Source: Patescibacteria group bacterium (GTDB taxonomy: Bacteria; Patescibacteriota; Patescibacteriia; Patescibacteriales; UBA12465). Taken from it: a DNA stretch of 64,000 nt. Location of the stretch: assembly GCA_023229115.1 (NCBI GenBank), contig JALNZW010000006.1:2523-66522 (forward strand), in the 5' to 3' direction. Numbering within the stretch: position 1 is the first letter of the stretch; the number at the start of each line of letters is the position of its first letter. The notes under the pieces are model-generated. The model saw only the letters and a program-made list of their open reading frames with translations. It was not told where the DNA came from and searched no databases. A program made the translations under genes and the position numbers. This document shows, piece by piece, positions 56,401-63,536 of the stretch.

Positions 56401-58047
56401 TTATTTTTCTGAAATTTGAACATCAACGTATCTAACAGAAAGAACTTTTTTATTAGTTGTCTTATAATCAGAAGGATATTCCAATGCCCTAGCTTTATTT
56501 ATTAGTCTAAATTTAGCTGCTTGATATCTTATAGAATAAATAGCTTCATTTTCATTTAATTCTGTAGAAGACCAATATTGAGTATTATAAATACCCAAAG
56601 ACAAAGCTGCGCTTAATTCATTGTATGATGGCAAATACCAATCACTATAATTACCACCTCGATAATTATTAGCTTCTTCAGCTGCGCTTCCGCTAGAACA
56701 AACTGATAAAATAGTTTGCGTATTACTCTTTCCATCACTTAAGTCAACAGCTCCGGTAGAAACACCATCACAACCCCAAGGAATAATTAAATTTTGATCT
56801 TCTTCAGACATAATATAATATCTATTACCATCAACCATATAAACAATGCCTCCCCCACAATGATCACCAATATTATTTGCATCTGTGCATTCTGGATCCA
56901 ATGGAACAGAACCTTCTTCATAATAATCATAAAGACATCTAGCGCCAGAACTTACGCTCATCCATTCTGAATCAGAAAAAGCAGTTGCAATTTCATCTCC
57001 GTTGCTATATTTAGTTTCGGCTAGATTTTCTGCTAACCACACTTGATCTCCAATAACAACAGTTTGATAAGTTTTACCATCATTTCCAGTATAAACTCCA
57101 GGGTCGCCAGGTCCAGCTGGAGAATTTTTTATTAATCTTATGGAAAATCCAGGTTTCATGAAGTTTATAGTAGAAACGTCAGCCTCGCCCATAAGATTAT
57201 AAGTTGAGCTTTCTAATCCTACAGCATCAAATAATCCAGCAGAACTTCCATTTAGCCAAAAAACCGTAATCTCTCCAAAACCATCATACACTATTAAGTC
57301 TTCAGAACTCATTCTCATTCCAATACCTCTGGCACTAAAGCCAGCACTGTTGGTGGCAGTATTGGGATTGGTCCAATATACAGTACCTGTCTCCCTTAAA
57401 GAATCAATGCTTTCAGAAAGAGAGTATCCCGAATTCATTAAATAGGTTACCAAAACATTAAGATCTTGAACGTTAGGTAGTCTCCAGCCATCATTAGCAA
57501 TACCTCTAGAATCAGCAACGGAATAAACGTTATAGAAATAACCATAGTCTCTAGCTGTAGCCGGTTCTTCACTTTCTCCACCATCTAAACCACCTTCATC
57601 AAAAGAATCAACCACCACAATGCCTCCTGGCGTTGCTTGTTTAGTGCCAGCCGGCATGTCTGATATTTGCTTGCCAGTACAGAAAGAAATGGTATAAGCA
57701 GAACCATCAACACTGGGAATATAGTTATAAGAGTTTGAATTAGAATCACAAGCGCCATCAGCTGGAGTCGGAGCTTGCGGAATTTCATACATAAATACAT
57801 CTCCTGAAGAATCAGAAGTTATAGAGCCACTATTCCACTCTTCAGTCGTTGGATACCTGCTATTTTCATTAAAAAACAATTCTAGAGCTGTTTGGGTTTG
57901 CTTTATATCAGCCATTCTTTTAGAGTCTCTAGCTCTACTTCTAGCCTGCTGAAGAGCCACTACCGCTAAAGTGGCTAAGATGCCAATGATGGCTATTACT
58001 ACTAGCAGTTCAATTAACGTAAAGCCTCTCTTTTTGTTTTTAAACAT
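56401..58047 (-). CDS. Type IV pilin-like core fused to a Fibrobacter-type paralogous domain (segments in permuted order) and a DUF1566-like domain
   Basis: MFKNKKRGF|[16 protein letters not shown], then the core. Next come YGYFYNVYSV...NDGWRLPNVQDLNVL...NSAGFSARG...FSIRLIK, then GNDGKTYQTVVIGDQVWLAENL, then HCGGGIVY...WGC...DGKSNTQTIL...YRGGNYSDWYLPSYNEL...YWSSTE. Confidence 0.8.
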   Translation of the reverse strand: MFKNKKRGFTLIELLVVIAIIGILATLAVVALQQARSRARDSKRMADIKQTQTALELFFNENSRYPTTEEWNSGSITSDSSGDVFMYEIPQAPTPADGACDSNSNSYNYIPSVDGSAYTISFCTGKQISDMPAGTKQATPGGIVVVDSFDEGGLDGGESEEPATARDYGYFYNVYSVADSRGIANDGWRLPNVQDLNVLVTYLMNSGYSLSESIDSLRETGTVYWTNPNTATNSAGFSARGIGMRMSSEDLIVYDGFGEITVFWLNGSSAGLFDAVGLESSTYNLMGEADVSTINFMKPGFSIRLIKNSPAGPGDPGVYTGNDGKTYQTVVIGDQVWLAENLAETKYSNGDEIATAFSDSEWMSVSSGARCLYDYYEEGSVPLDPECTDANNIGDHCGGGIVYMVDGNRYYIMSEEDQNLIIPWGCDGVSTGAVDLSDGKSNTQTILSVCSSGSAAEEANNYRGGNYSDWYLPSYNELSAALSLGIYNTQYWSSTELNENEAIYSIRYQAAKFRLINKARALEYPSDYKTTNKKVLSVRYVDVQISEK

Positions 58048-58146
58048 AATGCTTAATTTATTTTTATTTTTTTAATATATTATTTAATTTTAATACCTTT
58101 TCAAAAAAAAATCAAATATTTAAAATAAAAAATTGATTAAAATGCA

Positions 58147-59001
58147 TTATTTTTTATTCTTAAAAAATAAAACAAAAAATATTCCCACAAACCAAAATAT
58201 TTTCAGCAAAAAATACTGCCATTTTGCTTGCCATTTTTGAAAATATTTTAACATCGAATCTCTAAAAAGTTTTTGCGCTTTTTTTCTTTTTAATAAAGAA
58301 AAGCTTTGCCCAACATAATCCAGACACTCAGCTTGAGCATTGTACCAAACCTCTCCCCCTAATTGATAAATCTGTTTACAGAAATCAACCTCCTCAAACC
58401 AAACAAAATATCTTTCATCCAGCAGTGGCAAGTCTCGTCCGCTCAATTTTTTAAATTCATTTTTATTTATCATAAAAAAAGAACCACGAACCGAATCAAC
58501 TTTTTGACTTTGATTATAATCAAAACTAGATATTAAATATTTATTTAAAACCCAAGGAAAAATGTGAGGAATTTTTAAAACTATCATTAATTGATCAAAA
58601 AATTTAGGAAAACGACGAACATGTTTAATAATATTATTTTTTTCATCTATCAATTTACAACTAGACACAATGGCCTGAGAATTATTTTTGGCAAAATTTA
58701 AAGATTTTTCCAGAGTCTCAGCAAAGACTTGCATATCAGGGTTTAAAAGCAAAATAAAATCACCTTGAGCTTGTTTAATAGCAATATTGTTAGCCCTAGA
58801 AAAGCCCAAATTTTCTTCATTTTTAATCAACTTAACTTGAGGAAAGTTTTTTTCCACCATTTCAACTGAACCATCTTGAGAATTGTTATCAACTACAAAA
58901 ACTTCAAAAGAAAAATCACCCTGTGATTTAAACAGAGCTTGTAAATTATTATCTAATTTCTCCTTGACATTATAGGAAACTATTACTACTGACAAATCCA
59001 T
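58147..59001 (-). CDS. Glycosyltransferase family 2
   Basis: LSVVIVSYNVKEKLDNNLQAL, VDNNSQDGS, GFSRANN and FVWFEEVDFC. Confidence 0.8.
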   Translation of the reverse strand: MDLSVVIVSYNVKEKLDNNLQALFKSQGDFSFEVFVVDNNSQDGSVEMVEKNFPQVKLIKNEENLGFSRANNIAIKQAQGDFILLLNPDMQVFAETLEKSLNFAKNNSQAIVSSCKLIDEKNNIIKHVRRFPKFFDQLMIVLKIPHIFPWVLNKYLISSFDYNQSQKVDSVRGSFFMINKNEFKKLSGRDLPLLDERYFVWFEEVDFCKQIYQLGGEVWYNAQAECLDYVGQSFSLLKRKKAQKLFRDSMLKYFQKWQAKWQYFLLKIFWFVGIFFVLFFKNKK

Positions 59002-59007
59002 TTTATT

Positions 59008-59295
59008 TTATACTTTTATCTTAATTAATTTAACTCTAGAACTAGCTCCGGAAATTATATAAATATATTTTTCTAATATTTTAAATTCTTTGGCCAAAAA
59101 CTTCATTAATTCTTGATTAGCTTTATTTTTCTCAGCTTGAGCTTTAATGTTAAAAATTAAAGTCTCGACATCTTTATTTTCTATATTATCAATTTTTATT
59201 TCTTTAACTTTAGTTTTACTAGAATTAGGAAAAACTTTTATTCTTAAATAAATTTCTTTTTTATCTTTTAATTCTTCAATATATTTATCCAACAT
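59008..59295 (-). CDS. DUF167 (YggU-like) family protein
   Basis: LRIKVFPNSSKTKV...KANQELMKFLAKEF...IISGASSRVKLIKI follows the DUF167 pattern (..P.a..n.i....GkAN.eLi.fLa......v.i..G..sR.K.v.i). Confidence 0.6.
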   Translation of the reverse strand: MLDKYIEELKDKKEIYLRIKVFPNSSKTKVKEIKIDNIENKDVETLIFNIKAQAEKNKANQELMKFLAKEFKILEKYIYIISGASSRVKLIKIKV

Positions 59296-59298
59296 AAA

Positions 59299-60546
59299 TT
59301 ATTTTTCAGCAAACATGATAACGTTAGGAATATTTCTACCTGGTCCATACATATATTCATCATGATAAAATAAAGCGGCTGAATAACCACCATCAAGATT
59401 AATAGCATAGTCCATTTCCATAATCTTTAAAATTTCAGCTAAATCAGAAACTGTAGCACTGCGGGCAACTATTAAATAAACAAAACCCTTACCACCAAAA
59501 TCATCTTTTTTATAAGCTATCGCATTGCGAGTAGCTTTAACATCACGCTGTTTATCATCAACCTCCCAATCAATTAATAAATTTTGACCATTTTCTATTA
59601 AGCGAGGCTTATTACCAATAGCTGCTTGAAGTTCAACGCCATAAGTGGTTTCAAAATTTTCAACACTAACAAAATCACGACTATCCTTAAAATAATGAAA
59701 TTCATTATTTTTATCAAAAGCCATAATTGGGCCGGTAGTTGGATACTTTAATTGATTATCGTTTATAAAAATTTTTAACTTAGAATTATAAACCGGAAAA
59801 AAATAATAATTTAATTTTTCAGCACTAGTATCGAAATAAGAACCATTAATAGCAGCAAAAACTTTGTCATTTTCAAAATAATCAAGTAATTCTTTGGCTT
59901 GACAACGGCCTGTGCAATTTTGCGAATTAGCAGTGTCAGTGATAATTTTCAAATTAGGGTTATCTAGATTAATTTCAATAACATCTAAAAAATAATCTTG
60001 ATTGTTGTAATTAACAACTTTTTTAAAATCATAGGAGCTATACTGATTAATACTTTCATCTAAGGTATTTTTATGAACATAGGCTAAATTTTTGCGACTA
60101 ATTCCTAGGCCTAATTCTCTCATAATTCTAAAAGCATCGTCAGGACGACCTAAATAATGTTTTTTGTAGGTTAGTGGATTTATATACCAAGCCTCGCCAT
60201 TACGTTCAACTTGTAAAATAATTTGACCAGCCAATCTTTTAGCTAAATTTATATCACCTAAATATTCCTCACCCTCTTCTTTAGATGAATCAATTTTAGC
60301 AAAATCTCTTTCAAAAATACCGAGCCCAAGTTCTCTCATAATAGAAAAGGCATTATGAGGACGACCCAAATAATATCTTTTATTATCTTTTGGATATACA
60401 TACCAAGCTTCACCATTACGCTCAACATCAATAAGAATTCTACCAGTCAATCTCTCGCCCAAAGTTTGAGCTTTTAAATTTTTAAAAGGGCTAGCAATAA
60501 AAAACAAAATAAAAACTAAAAATGTTAAATAAATATATTTTTTCAT
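59299..60546 (-). CDS. Secreted phosphodiester glycosidase (NAGPA/DUF2233-like) protein with two N-terminal repeats of about 50 aa
   Basis: Signal peptide. Repeats are RLTGRILIDVERNGEAWYVYPKDNKRYYLGRPHNAFSIMRELGLGI and RLAGQIILQVERNGEAWYINPLTYKKHYLGRPDDAFRIMRELGLGI. The C-terminal domain has AINGSYFD and AINLDGGYS. Confidence 0.65.
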   Translation of the reverse strand: MKKYIYLTFLVFILFFIASPFKNLKAQTLGERLTGRILIDVERNGEAWYVYPKDNKRYYLGRPHNAFSIMRELGLGIFERDFAKIDSSKEEGEEYLGDINLAKRLAGQIILQVERNGEAWYINPLTYKKHYLGRPDDAFRIMRELGLGISRKNLAYVHKNTLDESINQYSSYDFKKVVNYNNQDYFLDVIEINLDNPNLKIITDTANSQNCTGRCQAKELLDYFENDKVFAAINGSYFDTSAEKLNYYFFPVYNSKLKIFINDNQLKYPTTGPIMAFDKNNEFHYFKDSRDFVSVENFETTYGVELQAAIGNKPRLIENGQNLLIDWEVDDKQRDVKATRNAIAYKKDDFGGKGFVYLIVARSATVSDLAEILKIMEMDYAINLDGGYSAALFYHDEYMYGPGRNIPNVIMFAEK

Positions 60547-60657
60547 AACAAAAGGTTAATTTTTGTATGTTTATTATAACATTTTGTAAATAAAAAACCA
60601 ACTTGTCCAAAACATTTAAGTTTGTTAAAATTAAAGCATAATAATTAAATCAAATAT

Positions 60658-61470
60658 ATGAAACAATATCTAGATTTATTACGTAATGTCATGGAAAATG
60701 GAGTTGATAGAGACGACAGAACCGGCGTAGGAACTAGAGGTGTTTTTGGTCGACAAGCAAGGTTTGACCTGTCAAAAGGATTTCCACTAATGACCACCAA
60801 AAAAGTTCATTTGAAGTCAATTATCTACGAATTATTATGGTTTTTAAAGGGAGATACCAATATTAAATATCTAAATGATAATGGAGTAACTATTTGGGAC
60901 GAATGGGCTGATGAAAATGGTGATTTAGGTCCAATTTACGGCAAGCAATGGACAGCTTGGGAAGGAAAAGATGGCGAGAAAATCAACCAAATTGCCGAAG
61001 CAGTTGATATGATAAAAAATAGTCCAGAATCTCGTCGAATTATTGTTAGTGGCTGGAATGTAGCCGATTTAAGACAACTTATTTCTGGTAAAAAAACAGC
61101 GCCACCACCATGTCACACTATTTTTCAATTTTATGTATCCCAAGGAAAATTATCCTGCCAATTATACCAAAGAAGTGCTGATATTTTTTTAGGTGTTCCC
61201 TTTAACATTGCTTCTTATGCTCTACTTACTATGATGGTAGCTCAAGTTTGCAATTTAAAACCGGGAGAATTTGTTCACACTTTTGGCGATCTACACATCT
61301 ACAAAAATCATTTTGAACAAGTTAAAGAACAATTATCAAGAGAACCGAAAGAATTGCCAAAAATGATTATCAATCCTGACAAAAAAGATATTTTTTCTTT
61401 TGAATATGAAGATTTTAATTTGGAGGGTTATAACCCTGACCCGGGAATTAAAGCCCCAATAGCTATCTAA
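60658..61470 (+). CDS. thyA: Thymidylate synthase (ThyA)
   Basis: [26 protein letters not shown] (catalytic Cys) and [21 protein letters not shown]. Confidence 0.95.
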   Translation: MKQYLDLLRNVMENGVDRDDRTGVGTRGVFGRQARFDLSKGFPLMTTKKVHLKSIIYELLWFLKGDTNIKYLNDNGVTIWDEWADENGDLGPIYGKQWTAWEGKDGEKINQIAEAVDMIKNSPESRRIIVSGWNVADLRQLISGKKTAPPPCHTIFQFYVSQGKLSCQLYQRSADIFLGVPFNIASYALLTMMVAQVCNLKPGEFVHTFGDLHIYKNHFEQVKEQLSREPKELPKMIINPDKKDIFSFEYEDFNLEGYNPDPGIKAPIAI

Positions 61471-61472
61471 AT

Positions 61473-61973
61473 ATGATTCCAGTAATATTAATTATGGCTA
61501 TTACCGCTGATGGTAAAATAGCCAAAAACAAAGATCATTTTGCCAACTGGACCAGCAAAGAAGATAAACAAGTTTTCATCCAAACATCAAAAGATTTTGG
61601 TATGATTATGATGGGCTATAACACTTTCAAAACTTTTCCTGCCCCACTTAAAAATAGATTAAATGTGGTTTTTTCAGAAAAAGCTGGCGAAGAATTAGAG
61701 GGAGTAAAATGGGTTAGTGGTGAACCAGAAAAAGTCTTAAATGAACTAGAAAATTTAGGTTTTAAGAAGGCCTTGCTTGGAGGTGGAACGGGTTTAAACA
61801 CTCTCTTCTTGCAAAAAAAATTAATAAATGAAATAATACTAACTGTTGAACCGAAGATTTTTGGTTCTGGCTTATCATTATTTAACGATGATTTTGATAT
61901 TAACTTGGAACTCCTGGAATTAAAAAAGATAAACAACAATTCCTACCTGGTTAGATATAAAGTTGTCTATTAG
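61473..61973 (+). CDS. Dihydrofolate reductase family protein (RibD C-terminal-domain type)
   Basis: AITADGKIA...MGYNTFKTF...LNVVFS...LLGGGTGLNTLFLQKKLINEIILTVEPKIFGSG. It starts 2 nt after the thyA stop. Confidence 0.65.
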   Translation: MIPVILIMAITADGKIAKNKDHFANWTSKEDKQVFIQTSKDFGMIMMGYNTFKTFPAPLKNRLNVVFSEKAGEELEGVKWVSGEPEKVLNELENLGFKKALLGGGTGLNTLFLQKKLINEIILTVEPKIFGSGLSLFNDDFDINLELLELKKINNNSYLVRYKVVY

Positions 61974-61979
61974 AAGTTT

Positions 61980-62537
61980 ATGAATAAAATTATAATCGGC
62001 CTGACTGGTCAAATTGCCTGCGGAAAAGGCGTAGTTAAAAAATATTTAATGAACACCAACAACGCTAGCGACTATCGTTTTTCAACTATTTTAAGAGATG
62101 CCATGGGAAGGCTAGACATCGAAACTAGTCGAGAAAATTTACAAAAATTTTCTACTTTAATGAGACAAAATTTTGGTGAAGACTTATTGGCCAAAGCTAT
62201 CGCTAAAGATGCCAAAGACAATCAAAGTTCATTTATAGTTATTGACGGCATAAGAAGAATGGCTGATATAAAATATTTAAAAGAACTGCCAGAGTTCAAG
62301 CTAATTAGTATTTTTGCGGATAAAGAAATAAGACTTAAGAGAGTGATCGAAAGAAATGAAAATTTAGGAGATGATAAAAAAACCATGGAAGAATTTGAAA
62401 AAGAAGAAAGTGCCGAAACAGAGATGGAAATACCACAAGTAATGGATAATGCTGACTATAAAATAATAAATAATGGTACTTGGGATGAATTGCATGGTCA
62501 AATTGACAAAATAATAGAAGAAATTAAAAATCAATAA
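61980..62537 (+). CDS. P-loop nucleotide kinase, dephospho-CoA-kinase-like/UPF0200-like
   Basis: P-loop IGLTGQIACGKG. VIDGIRRMADIKYL and a C-terminal ADYKIINNGTWDEL resemble the archaeal UPF0200 layout. Confidence 0.5.
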   Translation: MNKIIIGLTGQIACGKGVVKKYLMNTNNASDYRFSTILRDAMGRLDIETSRENLQKFSTLMRQNFGEDLLAKAIAKDAKDNQSSFIVIDGIRRMADIKYLKELPEFKLISIFADKEIRLKRVIERNENLGDDKKTMEEFEKEESAETEMEIPQVMDNADYKIINNGTWDELHGQIDKIIEEIKNQ

Positions 62538-62538
62538 A

Positions 62539-62868
62539 ATGAATTTTAAAGAATACCAGGAGGAATCTAAAAAAACAGCCAAATATCCAGATAAAGGCAA
62601 TAATTATATTTACCCCACCTTAGGTTTGGCTGGAGAATCAGGAGAGGTGGCCGAAAAAATAAAAAAAATAATTAGAGATGACAATGGTATAGTAAGTTCA
62701 GAAAAAAAAGAAGAAATAAAAAAAGAATTAGGCGATGTTTTGTGGTATATATCACAATTATCAACTGAATTTGGGCTAGAATTAGAAGATGTAGCTAGTA
62801 CCAATTTGGAAAAACTACTTTCACGTTTAGAAAGAGACAAAATAAGTGGAAGTGGCGATAATCGATAA
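62539..62868 (+). CDS. MazG-like all-alpha nucleoside triphosphate pyrophosphohydrolase
   Basis: LGLAGESGEVAEKIKK and ELGDVLWYISQLSTEFGLELEDV (the EExxE/D metal motifs of the MazG family). Confidence 0.7.
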   Translation: MNFKEYQEESKKTAKYPDKGNNYIYPTLGLAGESGEVAEKIKKIIRDDNGIVSSEKKEEIKKELGDVLWYISQLSTEFGLELEDVASTNLEKLLSRLERDKISGSGDNR

Positions 62869-62873
62869 AAAAT

Positions 62874-63467
62874 ATGTCAATCAAAAAAGGTAAGTTAATA
62901 GTTTTTTACGGAACAAATAACTTAGGCAAAAGCACCCAGGCTAAAATTTTGATTGATAAATTAAAAGAGCAAAATATAGTAACTGAATATTTGAAATATC
63001 CTATCTATGATTTAGCCCCTTCTGGCCCAACATTAAATGATTACCTAAGAAACGGAAACCCATACAATCTAAGTGCTCGTGAAGCTCAAATAATATATTG
63101 TTTAAATCGCACTCAATATCAAAAAGTATTAGAGGAAAAATTAAGCGAAGGAATAAATATTATTGCCGAAGATTATACTGAAACTGGTATTGCCTGGGGA
63201 GTAGGTGCGGGAGTAGAACAAAATTTTTTAGAGGAAATAAATAGTCATTTATTAAAAGAAGATATAGCCCTACTTTTTGATGGAGAAAGATTTAAAGAAG
63301 CGGTTGAAAAAAATCACAAGCATGAGCAGAATGACGAATTTTCCAAAAAAGTTAGACAAATACATTTAGATTTAGGCAAAAAATACGGCTGGGAGATGAT
63401 TGATGCTAACTTAAGTATAGAAGAAATTTCAAATATTATTTTTGAAAAAATAATTAAGTCCCTGTAG
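62874..63467 (+). CDS. tmk: Thymidylate kinase family protein
   Basis: P-loop LIVFYGTNNLGKSTQAKIL and the DRY-equivalent AEDYTETGIAWG. The last 10 nt overlap the following tRNA. Confidence 0.6.
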   Translation: MSIKKGKLIVFYGTNNLGKSTQAKILIDKLKEQNIVTEYLKYPIYDLAPSGPTLNDYLRNGNPYNLSAREAQIIYCLNRTQYQKVLEEKLSEGINIIAEDYTETGIAWGVGAGVEQNFLEEINSHLLKEDIALLFDGERFKEAVEKNHKHEQNDEFSKKVRQIHLDLGKKYGWEMIDANLSIEEISNIIFEKIIKSL

Positions 63468-63529
63468 TTCAACGGATAGAACACAAGATTGCGGATCTTG
63501 TAATCTAGGTTCGATTCCTAGCGGGGACA
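63458..63529 (+). tRNA. tRNA-Arg (anticodon GCG)
   Basis: GTCCCTG TA GTTC AACGGATA GAAC A CAAGA TTGCGGA TCTTG TAAT CTAGG TTCGATT CCTAG CGGGGAC A. All stems pair and the variable loop is 4 nt. The 5' end overlaps the tmk stop codon. Confidence 0.7.
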
Positions 63530-63536
63530 CAACAAA

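Noticed and set aside
55356-58047. Possible diversity-generating retroelement (DGR) target, because lectin-like C-terminal domains are typical DGR variable proteins.
   Set aside because: The window holds no reverse transcriptase and no template-repeat copy of either C-terminus. The differences between the two DUF1566-like domains are ordinary paralogue divergence, not adenine-specific substitutions in a short VR.
22440-58047. Pilin N-terminal coding regions acting as recombination cassettes for antigenic variation, in the manner of pilE/pilS.
   Set aside because: The four N-terminal segments are conserved at protein level but differ at synonymous sites every few codons. I see no long identical DNA stretch, and no promoterless silent copies are present.
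1863-62840. Many short ORFs in the supplied track lie antisense to, or out of frame within, well-supported genes. Examples are 1863-2069, 3194-3439, 3780-4482, 7665-7904, 13905-14087, 14475-14684, 15828-16064, 20455-21117, 22322-22525, 25869-26651, 28639-28872, 31513-32054, 34574-36423, 36715-37824, 38009-38212, 42042-42311, 47734-48206, 49373-49754, 50266-50508, 52570-52815, 54776-54961, 55589-55822, 57585-57800, 61616-61939 and 62364-62840.
   Set aside because: Each one overlaps a longer ORF with clear family motifs. Their translations are low-complexity (runs of S, F, L, I, K), as expected from shadow frames in AT-rich DNA. None has a recognisable motif or its own start context.
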